Shown here piece after piece: positions 13,006 through 26,519 of a stretch of DNA of 64,000 nucleotides. How positions within the stretch are numbered: the first letter of the stretch is position 1; each line of letters begins with the position of its first letter. Location: assembly GCA_964016885.1 (NCBI GenBank), contig OZ024744.1:78120001-78184000 (forward strand), in the 5' to 3' direction. Position numbers and translations under genes: made by a program. The notes beneath the pieces are model-generated. The model saw only the letters and a list, made by a program, of their open reading frames with translations. It did not search any database and was not told the origin of the DNA. This DNA is from Eledone cirrhosa (Eukaryota).

Positions 13006-13424
13006 TAAAAAAATATACAATTTGTGTGGGCAGAGTTCTCGAAGCAACCACCTCCAATTGATTTGGCTGGATCCCCAAATGAGACCAGCTAAAAGCTTAT
13101 GGATGTTAATCCAAGCATCTTGCTCAGGGTCTCCTGACAGTTGATTTTTGCCTATAAAATCTGTCCAGCAATTCTTTCCTGAGACATTCTAACCACATGC
13201 CCGTAATATCAATTTGGAGAAGTAGTGGCTCTGCCTGGAATGACTCTCTGATCTCCAAGCTACGCACTCTATTGAGTAACATTTCTCTGAAGACCCTTAG
13301 GAGGAACCCCATTTCAGCTGCTTGTATTTGCGATTGTATTCTTTGGATTACACAATGAAATACTATTAAAATTTAATGATTTATTAAACATTTTTTTTTC
13401 TTAATTTCTTATTTTGAATTCTAG

Positions 13425-13520
13425 TTCTTGAAGGAGAGATGTACCAATTAAGTCATATGTTAACAGAACAAAAGAGTCTTATGTCTACAATGATGGAAAT
13501 GTCTTTAATCAGTGATAAAG
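13425..13520 (+). CDS. EXOC8: EXOC8 coding exon B (96 nt, phase 1 to 1)
   Basis: Acceptor ttctag|, donor AAAG|gtaaaa. Translates (V)LEGEMYQLSHMLTEQKSLMSTMMEMSLISDK, matching EXOC8 YLESEMYQLSHLLTEQKS. In frame with exon A. Confidence 0.95.
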
Positions 13521-14164
13521 GTAAAAATTCATTGTCTTTCTGCTGTTTTTTTTTCAATAATACAACGTTTACATTCTTCATCAGCATCATCACCATTTTT
13601 CCATGCTAGCATGGGTTAGACGAGTTGTCCCATTTGAGACAATTCAGGTCAGAGGACCGTGTCTTGCTCATACAAAACTGTTTCTGGCTTGGTTTCTACA
13701 GTTGGTTGCTCTTCCTAACAGAAACCACATTTACAGAGTGGACTGGGTGCTTTTTATTGCAGCACCGAAACAACCACTTTAGTTGCCTTGGCACCAAAAC
13801 GACCACTTTACAGTGTGGGCTGGGCTGGGTGCTTTTTACATATAATAATAATAATAATAATAATAAAAATTATTGTGTACAGTGCTCAGGTCCACTACAA
13901 CATTTTTGATGTGGGAGGACATGAAACTGAAAACAGTATCAATAATAACTGTGTGAATATGTATAATAAAAAAAATATGAACAAAAACATACAAAGCATA
14001 CCAATTTACTTACTATGATACACAGGGTCCCTCAAAATAGCTTTTATAGGTAATGTCCACAACCTGTACAAGATATGTTTAGTTGAACAGCACAACTGAA
14101 ACAGTACAGTTTCTACTGTACACAGTACAAGCCCTTTACAATCACCTCCGAATAAAATTACCAT

Positions 14165-16500
14165 CAGTCACACAACACATACTACATGGTATCACCACAC
14201 AACACATATTCTATGGTATCACCATACAACACATACTATATGGTATCACCATACAACACATACTATATGGTATCACCACACAACACATACTATATGGTAT
14301 CACCATACAACACATACTATATGGTATCACCATACAACACATATTCTATGGTATCACCACACAACACATATATGGTATATCACCACACAACACATACTAT
14401 ATGATATCACCACACAACACATACTATATGATATCACCACACAACACATACTATATGGTATCACCATACAACACATACTATATGGTATCACCATACAACA
14501 CATACTACATGGTATCACCACACAACACATATTCTATGGTATCACCATACAACACATACTATATGGTATCACCATACAACACATACTATATGGTATCACC
14601 ACACAACACATACTATATGGTATCACCATACAACACATACTATATGGTATCACCATACAACACATATTCTATGGTATCACCACACAACACATATATGGTA
14701 TATCACCACACAACACATACTATATGATATCATCACACAACACATACTATATGATATCACCACACAACACATACTATATGAAATCACCACACAACACATA
14801 CTATATGATATCACCACACAACACATACTACATGATATCACCACACAACACATACTACATGGTATCACTACACAACACATACTACATGGTATCACCACAC
14901 AACACCTACTACATGAGATCACCACACAACACATACTATATGATATCACCACACAACACATACTATATGATATCACCACACAACACATTCTCTATGATAT
15001 CACCACACAACACATACTATATGATATCACCACACCACACATACTATATGGTATCACATCACAACACATACTATATGATATCAACACACAACACATACTA
15101 TATGGTATCAACACACCACACATACTATATGGTATCAACACACAACACATACTATATGGTATCACCACACAACACATACTATATGGTATCACCACACAAC
15201 ACATATTCTATGATATCACCACACAACACATATTCTATGGTATCACCACACAACACATATTCTATGGTATCATTACACAATACATACTATATGGTATCAC
15301 CTTACAACACATAGTCTATGATATCATTATACAGCATATACTATATGTTATCACCTTGCAACACATATTCTATGATATCATGTCACAACACATATTCTAT
15401 ATCATCACACAACACATACTATATGGTATCACCTCACAACACTTATTCTATGGTATATCACCACACAACACATATTCCATGATATCACCACACATCACAT
15501 ATTCTATGATATGACTACACAACACATACTGTATGGTATCACCTTACAACACATATTCCATGATATCACTGCATAACACATGTTCTATGGTATTACCACA
15601 TCATATACTATATGGTATCACTGCACAACACATATTATATGATATCACCACACAACACATATTCTATGATATCACCACACAACACATACTATATAGTATC
15701 ACCACCCAACAGATTCTTTATGGTATCACCACACATCACATATATGGTATCACCACACAACACATATTCTATGATATCACCACACAACACATACTATATA
15801 GTATCACCACCCAACAGATTCTCTATGGTATCACCACACATCACATATATGGTATCACCACACAACACATACTATATGGTATCACCACACATCACATATA
15901 TGGTATCACCACACAACACATACTATATGGTATCACCACACAACACATACTATATGGTATCACCACACAACACATACTATATGGTATCACTACACAACAC
16001 ATACTATATGGTATCTCTACACAACACATACTATATGGTATCACTACACAACACATACTATATGGTATCACTACACAACACATACTATATGGTATCACTA
16101 CACAACACATACTATATGGTATCACTACACAACACATACTATATGGTATCACTACACAACACATACTATATGATATTACCACACAACACATACTATATGG
16201 TATCACTACACAACACATACTATATGGTATCACTACACAACACATACTATATGGTATCACTACACAACACATATTATATGGTATCACTACACAACACATA
16301 CTATATAGTATCACCACACAATACATATTCTATGATATCACCACACAACACATACTATATGGTATCACTACACAACACATACTATATAGTATCACCACAC
16401 AATACATATTCTATGATATCACCACACAACACATATTCTATGATATCACCACACATACTATATGGTATTGCCACACAGCACATACTATATAGTATCTCCA
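14165..16500. repeat. 27-bp minisatellite, roughly 85 units
   Basis: Unit ATCACCACACAACACATACTATATGGT. It explains the ITTQHILYG / MVSPHNTYY / MCCVVIPYS pseudo-ORFs. Confidence 0.97.
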
Positions 16501-16726
16501 CCAAACAAAATAACACAACAAATACTATTATATAATCAATACTAAACATTATAAGACCAACAACTCACATTCTATAAAGGATCTGTCCAACAATATGACA
16601 GAAACCACACATCACATAATAGTCTGACTTTAAAACACATCACATCAATCACATGACACATCATACATAAACACCACAAAATAACACAATACATACTATT
16701 GTGTTATTAATACCAAACATAACTTA

Positions 16727-16937
16727 ACATATATACTCAAATATAAGCCGAAGAATATATGAGACAAAAATCGATGGTAAAATGGAGGGAGGGGTTTGGT
16801 TTATATACACCATCTAAATAATGTGTTGATTAGCTGTCTTGGCTTATAAATGGGGTTTGGAATTTTGCCCATTTCTCAGGCATAAACTAGGGGATGTCAG
16901 CTTATATACCGATCGGCTTATATTCGAGTATATACGG
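16727..16937. mobile_element. Tc2/pogo-like MITE
   Basis: TIRs tatatactcaaatataagccga / tcggcttatattcgagtatatacgg. Confidence 0.75.
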
Positions 16938-19900
16938 AAGGACATCCAGCTGTAGAAATCTTGCCAGAAGCAGTTCTGTATGAGCAGGATACGATCACCT
17001 GACTCAACCTGCTTCAAATGGGACAACCTGTCTAACCCATGCTAGCATGGACGGTGGATGTTAAACGGTGATGATGATGATGATACGGTATATTGTACAC
17101 AGTTGCAGCACATTCATATTACATAACCTACATAGTTCATATCCTTGCTGTTAATTTTTGGCAGATTGAGTAACCATGCAGAAGTTCCCACGTAGTTTCA
17201 TATACGTTTATAGTTAAGGAAATATAATTGTTTCTACAATAGGCACATGACCAGCAATTTGAAGGTGGTGGTGGGGGGGGGAGTCGATTAAGTCGACTCC
17301 AATACATTACTGGTACTTTATTTTATCGACCCTGTATGGATGAAAGGCAAAGCTAACCTCGGCAGGATTTGAACTCAGAACGTAAAAGGTTATAACTCTA
17401 TGTTGGAAAGCATGATGTCTGACGCTTTACCGATACTGCCAATCCACTGTGGGTGAAACAGCCATCATGAGTGAACTTAAATAACCGACGTGAAATTAAA
17501 ATAAACTGATATACACCCTACCCCATCCTCCCATTTCCATCCACTGTGTTGGTGACACAACAAAAAGCACCCAGTCCACACTGTAAAGTGGTTGTGTAGA
17601 AGACATGATAAAAAGGCTCTCAGTCCACACTGTAAAAGTGATTGGTGTTAGGAAGGGTATCCAGCCATAGAAAACCTACCAGAGACACTGCCACACAAGC
17701 GAGACACTGTCTCCCGACCAATCCTGCATCAAATGGGACAAAACCGTCAAACCCATGCTAGCGTGGAAGATGGGCGTTAAATGATGATGATGATGATAAT
17801 AGTTAACGATTAAAGATATTTGCTAATATCATTATCATCTTTGGTTCAGACCTGCCAATTTCTAAAAACCCAAATGGAGAATACCATGAAAAAAAGTGAC
17901 CCAAAACGAGGAGAAATGAGGCAAAATGGGGAGTTTTTTTCATAATGAAAGCTATACCCATTTTCACAAGAGAAGACATCTCTCACCCAGCCCAAAGTGG
18001 GTGGGAGATCTCCCCGTTGAATGGGGAGAGTTGACAAGTCTGTTGGTTTAATTCTTGGAAATCATCATCACTGTTTAACATCTATTTTCCATACTTGCAT
18101 GGGTTAGACGGGTTGTCATGTTACACTATATGTCTGGTTAGGTGACCATGTGTTATTCATACGGGACTCTTTTTGGCTTTTGCAGCTGGACTGGGGGCTT
18201 TTCGTCATGGTACCAGTACAACCACCTTAAAGTTGGAACTGAGTGTTTTTTGTTGTTGGGGCACAGGGTGGACTGGGTGCTTTTTTGTCATGTCACCAGT
18301 ACAACCACCTTACAGGATAGACTGGGTGCTTTTTATTGTAGCACCAGTACAGTGGGAGAGCAGGTATGGAGTGTGACTAGTTTCCAGGCATGTGTTCATG
18401 GATTAGACAGGAAAAGTATACATGGGGTGTTGAAGGGGATGGGGAGTAAATCACCTTGATCAACATCATCATCACCATCATCATACTATTTATAATGGTA
18501 TTATCATCATCTCATCACTGTTTATAATTCCATCATCATAACATTTATAATGTAATTTGGGGGTGGGGGTCGATTAAATCGACCCCAGTGCGTGACTGGT
18601 ACTTTATTTTATCAATCCCGTAAGGATGAAGGGCAAAGTTAACCTCGGTGGGATTTGAACTCAAACAGTAAAGCGGCGTAACTCTATGTTGCAAAGCATG
18701 GCGTCCGACCCTCTACCGATACTGCCAATCCACCACCCTTAACTTTTATAATACCATCATCATTATTGTACCATTCACATTGTTACCATCATCATCCTGT
18801 TTGTAATGATATCATCATACCATCATCATCATCACAGCATATATAATGAATAATACCATCATCATTATCATCATACATCTATTTCTCAATATATTATATA
18901 ATATATATATATTCTTTGGTCTTGTATTTTCTTGAGATTAATATCTTCTGTTTCTAGCAAGTTATTAGGCAGTTGGAAGGTGGGGTGGGGGTATTTGGGA
19001 TATATTACTACTACAGTTCAATGTCCTCTACTCACACTTACCACTCAATTGTAAGAGAAGAGGAAGAGGCTGTTTACTTTCATTTCGTCATCTAGATTTA
19101 ACACTGACCTGATGAGTTACGTCCCTTGCTTAATATGGTTGCTGCACATTTAACCCACCCACTCCTGCTGTTACCTCCTTTGATCACGACTGACGACGAT
19201 GGGTTATGCAGTCTGGCTGACATCAGTGATGTTGCAGGCGAACTTAGAATAGAAAATGCCAGAAGAGATACCACAAAGAATCACGTCCAACTTTCTAAAA
19301 ATTTCTTCAATTCACCACCTTTAATTGATTGGTAATTTATTTATCAGCTGCAAAAGAATGAAAAGCAAAGCTACCTCAATTAAATTTAAACAGAGTTTGG
19401 AGATCCAGTACAAATATCTCAAAGCCTTTTTATTTGTACACTCTAACAACTCTGCAATTTTGCTGCCTATTCTGTCTGTAGTATCCGTGTCAGGGACTTT
19501 TGGAATTATTCAAAATACCCAACCTGAAAGTCCTCCACAAGAGGCTACTTGGGCAGTCTTCATTGATGCCTAGAACATTTCGTATCTTCCACTAGCTCTC
19601 TATAGAATACAACAGCTCACTTTCCACTGACTACAACATAGTTTATCTGGTAGAACAGAATGAATTCCTGGTAATATTCCTGATGTCAAATGCCCTGGAC
19701 TGCAGCTCAGTCAAGGAGATAAGCCACAGGGAAAGCATGTTGCATGAAAGACAACCACACCTGTTCATTGTCATTGTTGTCCAGGAATCGATGCAGATTT
19801 GTCAGGTTTAGCAGATGTATGCACATTTATCAATGATAGTATCTCAAGACCCCTTTTAAGTGTGAAGTTGTAACTGATGGATCTTCTGACTAGCAGGACC

Positions 19901-21045
19901 TGTGTCTTCCACAAAAAGCAAATTAACATCATCATCATCACTGTTTAACATCCATTTTCCCATGTTAGCATGGGTTAAATGAATTGACCTGTTGCGAGAA
20001 ATGCCAGCTCAGGTGACGATGTCTTGCTCACATAGGACTGATTTTGGCTTGGTTTCTACAGCTGGATGCCCTTCCCAATGCCAAGCACATTTATAGTGTG
20101 TGCTGGGTGCTTTTTGTTGTGACCCCTTCACAACCACTTTACAGTGTGTATTGCTTTTTGTCATGATACCTACATGACTACTTTACAGTGTGGGCTGGGT
20201 GCTTTTTGTCATGACACCTACACAACCACTTTACAGTGTGTATTGGGTGCTTTTTGTTGTGATACCTACACAACCACTTTACAGTGTGATCTGGAGGCTT
20301 CGTATTTGCTCCAATATTGTTATTATTATTATTATTATTTATATTTAGAACATCATTTAAAAATGATAATAGAAGCATGATGAACCAAATATTGGATAAA
20401 GTGCTAATATATTTTGTGGGGTGAAATTTTGAGATTTTTTTTGTGGGGATCAGGTGTTTCCTGTAATGCGGTACAGCCATAGACACAGCATGAATAGTTA
20501 AAAAATTTGCTTCACAATCATATGTATGGCATCTTAGGTGTTATTTACCATAGCTGCAGATCAACCTATATCTTTGTCAGTGAAATTGGGTAGATAGAAA
20601 CTGTTTGGAAGCCTGTCAAATGCACTGTACCTGTAATTCAAAAAGCTAGCATTAATTATCACACAGAATTTCCTTAAGAATTATGTTAAGGATACACATG
20701 TCTTAGGAATGTTCAGCCATTTGGATGTTAATTTCATGAGCAAGCTACTCTGTTGATTAAACAACTGGCACATTCATCATGAACACTGACTGAGAACCAT
20801 TCCATATATGTTAGCTACTTTCACCTGACCTTTAACCATTTAGCATTTACATTACTTTATTTATACTATTGTATTTTCATGGTAAAGGCTTTATCTCACA
20901 TAATATTGAATCTATGAGATTTTGATATTATTCGTTTTGAGAACAATACCTTAACATAAGTATGAGCAGATGGTTTGAACTGAAAGAGGTGAGAGAATTC
21001 TGGCTGGATATGGCCGGTTTAACCCTTTAGCATTCACATTATGCT

Positions 21046-21396
21046 CATCATCATCATCATCATTTCATTTTACGTCCGCTTTTTCCCTGCTTGCAAGGGT
21101 GGGACGGGAACTGATGCTGGCTTGATTTCTACAGCTGGATGCCCTTCCTAACACCAACCTCATTTACAGTGAGTGCTGGGTGCTTTTTTGCCGTGGCACC
21201 TCCACGACCACTTTGCAGTGGAATGACATGGATCCCAGTCCCTATCATCTCATTTCTACAGCTGAGTAAACTGGAGCAATGTGAAATAAAGTGCCTTGCT
21301 CAAGGAAACAACACATCACCCGGTCTGAGAATTGAACTCACAACCTTTCGATTGCAAGGCCAATGCTCTAACCACTAAGCCATGTGCCTCCATATA
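21046..21396 (-). mobile_element. tRNA-head / CORE / RTE-tail SINE
   Basis: Minus strand has the tRNA-like head GGAGGCACATGGCTTAGTGGTTAGAGC...GAGTTCAATTC (A and B boxes), a CORE-like segment CCTTGAGCAAGGCACTT...CAGCTGTAGAAATG, and an RTE 3'UTR with (GAT)n. TSD TATGCT. Confidence 0.88.
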
Positions 21397-21795
21397 TATG
21401 CTATATATACTATTGTATTTTCATAGTAAAGGCTTTACCTCACATAATATCGAATCTATGAGATTTTGAAAGTATTCATTTTGAGAACAATACCTTAACA
21501 TCAGTTTGAGCAACCAGTTACAGCCAGTTTCAACAGAAAGAGGTAGAGAATTCTGGCTGGTTTTGGCCGGTTTGAACATTAAAGGGTTAAATGCTAAAGG
21601 GTTAAGAGACAACTTCTCTTCAGCCCTTTACTGAATGACACTAACCACATACTGGTGACCTTTTCTCAATTTTTGTCCACCTTGATGTCTAGTCTGAACC
21701 AAACCTAGAGCACCTTAGCCAAACCCTCAGTTGAGCAACAGAAACCATCATCTTATCAGGTGCCATAATGCAGGCCAATTCACTTGTCACAGTTA

Positions 21796-22054
21796 AACCT
21801 TTTAATACAAACTTGCCTGAAACAAACCTAGATTTTATGATAAAAAAACTAGCCATTTGAAAGTTTACTCGACAATATAATTTTTTCTTTATGAGAACTT
21901 ATTGTGAAATAATGTTCTAAAGTCCAGTTTGATAATGAAACATTTCATTTTTTATGAAATTCCTTCAAGTTTTTTATTATTTTCAAAATTAATTGAAACA
22001 CATAAACTCATTGGTAATGTATTTCATTAGAAATATGATAACAAAGAGGGTTAA
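21796..22054. mobile_element. piggyBac-like MITE family 3 (interrupted copy 24938-26222, partial copy ~59970-60129)
   Basis: ttaa-cc(t/a)ttt(t/g)atac...aaa(ga)gggttaa ends with a shared body (gcctgaaac...ttcattagaaatatg). Confidence 0.6.
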
Positions 22055-22059
22055 TGTAA

Positions 22060-24280
22060 TGCACGCTTTACACACTCGTTCTCCTCCAAAATGATGCCAA
22101 CCACTGTGATTGAGATGACATCTGCATGTGCAGAAACAGCTCTCTTGTGTTTTAGTTCAGGTGTGATACCCCTCCTCATCTCCAACCTCCACAGCTAAGA
22201 CTCCAATAAATGACTGCTTATTTTTACTGTTGAGCAGATACTTCTATACCTTTTAGTGATCCAGTCTTTGATGATGGGGCCAAAACCAGTAGTTCTTAGG
22301 ACGTCTGTCAGGTAGTAATGGTGTATGTTGTGTGATTTAAACTGATCTAAATTGATGAGAGCCCTGCAAAGTCAGATGTAAGGTCAACCCACTTCACAAT
22401 GTAATGTAGGGAGTGGTGAGTGCTTGTGGAGGAGTGTTATCGTGGATAGATCTCCCAATTAGACTATTAACGACAAGCACCAACCTCTCAGCAAGCACCT
22501 TTGCTAAAATGTTTAACGGAGTTAAAGGACCTGAAGTTGTCAATTAAGTCTCCCTTGTTTTGGGTCTCACTTTAGCCACATAGTTACCACTACTCAGCTC
22601 ATGTAACTTGGAATATCCCCAATCTATTGCCAGTTGCAGAAGACAGCTAGCTGCTAAGACAGTGGTGAATAAGTCTAGCATGTAACTAATGTTCATAAGG
22701 AGGTACGCCATCCACACATTCTCTCAGCACGCCTGCTATTTCATCTGTTGAGATCAGTTTTTCACAGCAGTCTGCCTCTCTGGTAGAAAGTCATGGCACA
22801 CTATCTAGGCAGACATCAAAGTCCACACATTCAAGAACAGTTCAGCAAAGTGGAGCTGAAATGCCACGCACAGTCAGCTTGGAATTGGATAGTATGTGTC
22901 CACTGCAATCTACCAACAACCAAAGTCTGGATTTGTTTTCATTTTATGCCACTGCAACCTGTGACCATCTAACACCGTTTTTCAAACTGTATATATATAC
23001 AGCTATCCTTATCACACAGAATTTCCTTAAGAATTATGTTAAGGATACACATGTCTTTGGAATGTTCAGCCATTTGCATGTTAATTTCATGAGCAGGCTA
23101 CTCTGTTGATTAAACAACTGGAACACTCATCGTCAAAACTGACTGAGGAGCATTCCATATACATTAGCTACTTTTACCTGACCTTTAACCCTTCAGCATT
23201 TACATTACTTTATATATACTATTATATTTTCATGTTAAAGGCTTTACCTTGGACAATGTATCCCCCATGATTCACATCAATATTTTTTCTCTTCACATCT
23301 TGTAATTGGTTGGCTAGCTCCTGTTTGATTTGCGGTTCTCTGTTGCTACTTCTTTGCTAAAATGGACAGATTCTATTCTAATTTTCCATTTCCTGTTATT
23401 GAAGATTGCACCCATCAGTTATCTGCTAATTAAAAAATCTGGCCCCTTAAATTTTTGCTTGCATTCAGTTTCCAATCACAAAGATCCTATTTTGAGACCC
23501 ACTAATGTCACTTTTTTATTGATTAGAATCATGGACATACAGCATCATATAGACGAGCATTGGTGCAATTGTCCATAGTCCCCAAACCTCAACAATGAGA
23601 AAGAGAAGAGACCGGACCAGAGTTGACTGTGTATATTTTGACTTTGTCCTCCATGTTGTCAACTCCCTAAACTGTGGGCAACTTATACTTCACTCCATTA
23701 ATTAACCTAATAAATACTCTATCCAAATGCAATCTGGATGATTCATTATGGTTTGTCAAAGAGCATATTGGTGTGTTGAGGAAAACTATATTGTACCTGT
23801 CAACTTGTTAGCAAGGCTTTTACACTCCTCTCTCTTCAACTGGCCACATCTACAGATCTGTATGTGTTAGTCACCCACTAACACTAATGAGCACAATCTT
23901 TCAAAGGGGGCCTCTAGATGTCTGAAGATTTTCAATCTTCTTGCTCCTTTTGGAGTATAAGTGGCTACCAGTCTGAAAGCGGCTACCAGCCTGAAAGCAC
24001 TACAACCTCCATTGCTTCTCACATCCAGATCCACTAATTTCTCCCTCCTAGATCTTGGAAGATAATGTTTATCTCTTGGTTAATACCTTTTCAATTCAAA
24101 ACAGCTGTTCTATACCAACGATCTGAGTTAACCCAAATAAGAAGAGCTAGCAAGCACTTCTCAGAAATTGTGGTTTCACTGATGGTTGGTGAAATGAAGT
24201 TGTTGAGCAAGTGTCCATGATTCTATGTTAACCACAGACCACATGCATTTATACATGCCATTTATAACCATGACATGTTG
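22060..24280 (-). mobile_element. Highly degraded L1/Tx1-like LINE
   Basis: Minus-strand remnants ALINLDQ...GFGP (RT), FRLVATY and CINACG (APE), with many stops. Boundaries approximate. Confidence 0.55.
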
Positions 24281-25045
24281 GTTAGCAAAAGGGTGGGAAA
24301 AGCCACTTACCTTTTTTTGAGTGTTGGTAATTCCAACTAGTGAAGGTGCATGGCTTACTGGTTAGAGAATTGGACTCATAATTGTGAGATTGTGAGTTCA
24401 ATTCCCAGACCGAGTGACGTGTTGTCCTTGAGAAATACATTTTATTTCACAATGCTCCTTCTGCCAGGAGTTGTGACTGGTAGATAGTATCAGCAATGGA
24501 AAGACTAATGGAAACAGTTTCCTTGGGCCAACTTGTTGAGCTGCACTCCACTTGGCAAGAAAATGAGCTCTTAGATCTTGTTGATCAATTTCCCTCCCCC
24601 CTCCCTCCCTTCAAGCATAGCCAATTTGTGGGGAGGTGTTAGTCAATTAAATCAACCCCAGTTCTTGATTAGTACTTTATTATATAAAACCTGCAAAGCA
24701 CTGTGCCTAACACACTAATGATTTTTTGCATAGAATAGGGTGAAGGTCTGATTTGGTGGGAAGGGACCAGTTGAATATAATGACTCTAGTACTTGATTGG
24801 TACTTTATATTACCGACACTAACTCTGAATAGTTAAGTCTAGTTAGTTGTAAGAACTTCTCTGTACAGTGTAAAGACACAATCACTATATATCATAGAAA
24901 AAGCATTGCACTACAAGTTCCCTAAACATAAATTTAACCATTTTGATACCAAACTGCCTGAAACCACCCATTATTTTATGATACAAAACCTTTCATTCTA
25001 AATTGTTTATATTTACTTAGAAACCTCCTATCAAAAGTTTATGTA

Positions 25046-25904
25046 TTGAGAAAAGCCCTGGACGAAAACTTAGAGCTTGGTTTCACTCTCACAAAGCGAA
25101 AGTGTAGACGTCATGCAGCTCAGAAAATCACCGATGCTGACTATGCGGATGATTTAGCGGTCCTCGCTGACTACCTTAAGGATGTAACATCACTACTTCA
25201 CAGCATCGAATCAGTTGCAAAGGAAATCGGACTCTATGTCAACGCAGGCAAAACAGAATATATTTGCCTGAACCAAGACTCCTTAGTTGGTTTGTGAGGT
25301 CTGAGCGGCGATATAATCAAGCAAGTTGACGACTTCAAATACCTGGGTAACTATATCGCCTCCACAGAACATGATGTTAACATCAGACTAGGAAAAGCCT
25401 GGGGAGCATTGAATGCAATGGAAAAGATATGGAAGTCAGGCCTGCCGGCCAAACTGAAAAGGAATTTCTTCAGAGCTGCTGTGGAATCTCTGCTTGTTTG
25501 TGGCTCTGTCACTTGGGCGCTGGCGTCGAGGTTGGAGAAAAGGCTAGACGGGGCATACACACGTATGCTCCGTGCTGCTTTAAACATGTCTTGGAGGGAA
25601 CACCCAACAAATAAGGATCTCTATGGCAATATACCACCTATCAGCAGGTCAATACGTGGACAGAGACTCAGATTTGCTGGCCACTGTTGGCGCAGCAAGG
25701 AAGAAATAGCAGGTGATGTGTTGTTAATGGAGTCAATCTCATGGAGCAAGAAACGCTGGTCGTCCCAAGAGGACATACGTCAAGCAACTTGAGAACGATA
25801 CTGGATGCACTGCGGAAGAACTGGCAAACGCTATGAGAGACAGAGATGGATGGAGGAAACATGTCGTAGAAAGCCGAGCAAGCTCGACCTGATGATGATG
25901 AAGG
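25046..25904 (+). mobile_element. 5'-truncated RTE-type LINE (third family) with 9-bp TSD
   Basis: DADYADDLAVL, FKYLG and RLRFAGHCWR motifs. (GAT)n tail. TSD GTTTATGTA at 25037-25045 and 25905-25913. Confidence 0.88.
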
Positions 25905-26519
25905 GTTTATGTAAGTACCTTTATTATTCAGTATCAGTAGAGGGTCGGACGCCATGCTTTGACACATAGAGTTACGACCCTTGCCATTCTGAATTCAAAT
26001 CCCGTCGAGGTTGACTTTGCCTTTCATCCTTACTGGGTCGATAAAATAAAGTACCAGTAATGTACTGGGTAATTGCTGGCCTTGTACCAAAAGTAGAAAC
26101 AATTATAAGTTATGCTACAAAAAAAAAATTACTAAATCGATCTAAATTCTTGATTATTTTCATAATTATTTGAAAATCATAGGCAGCATCATTCATTAGA
26201 AATATGGTAAGGAAAGGGTGAATTTTTATTGGGATGTTTTGTATACTTTTCAAGAATGTCTTGTTAATGTGGTTTCATATGGTACAAGACATTAAGAGTT
26301 TTAAAAGCACACAAAGTTCAAGTAAGGCCAACACTGGAGAAGAACTGATAATGTATGGTAGAGTGCTACTTCTACATACACAAACATCCTAGACTACAAC
26401 CAAATGAAGATAATTTGGCTAAATGTCAAAGGCACTATGTAATTAATATAACTACTGGCAGACACACAGTTGGTTTTCTTTGTTTCTTCTACCACTACTA
26501 CAATAGTCTCAGTTCCTGT

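Noticed and set aside
14083-16535. ORFs of 200-320 aa with ITTQHILYG / MVSPHNTYY repeats; also considered as a CRISPR-like array
   Set aside because: This is a 27-bp tandem minisatellite with no unique spacers, no splice support and no cas genes.
19020-19920. Moderately GC-rich stretch with weak hints of a degraded non-LTR element on the minus strand
   Set aside because: No motif was clear enough to assign by eye. It needs a translated search against Repbase.
21320-21391. tRNA-like sequence (also 37380-37450, 24345-24415)
   Set aside because: These are SINE heads with A/B boxes fused to CORE sequence. There is no complete cloverleaf acceptor stem.
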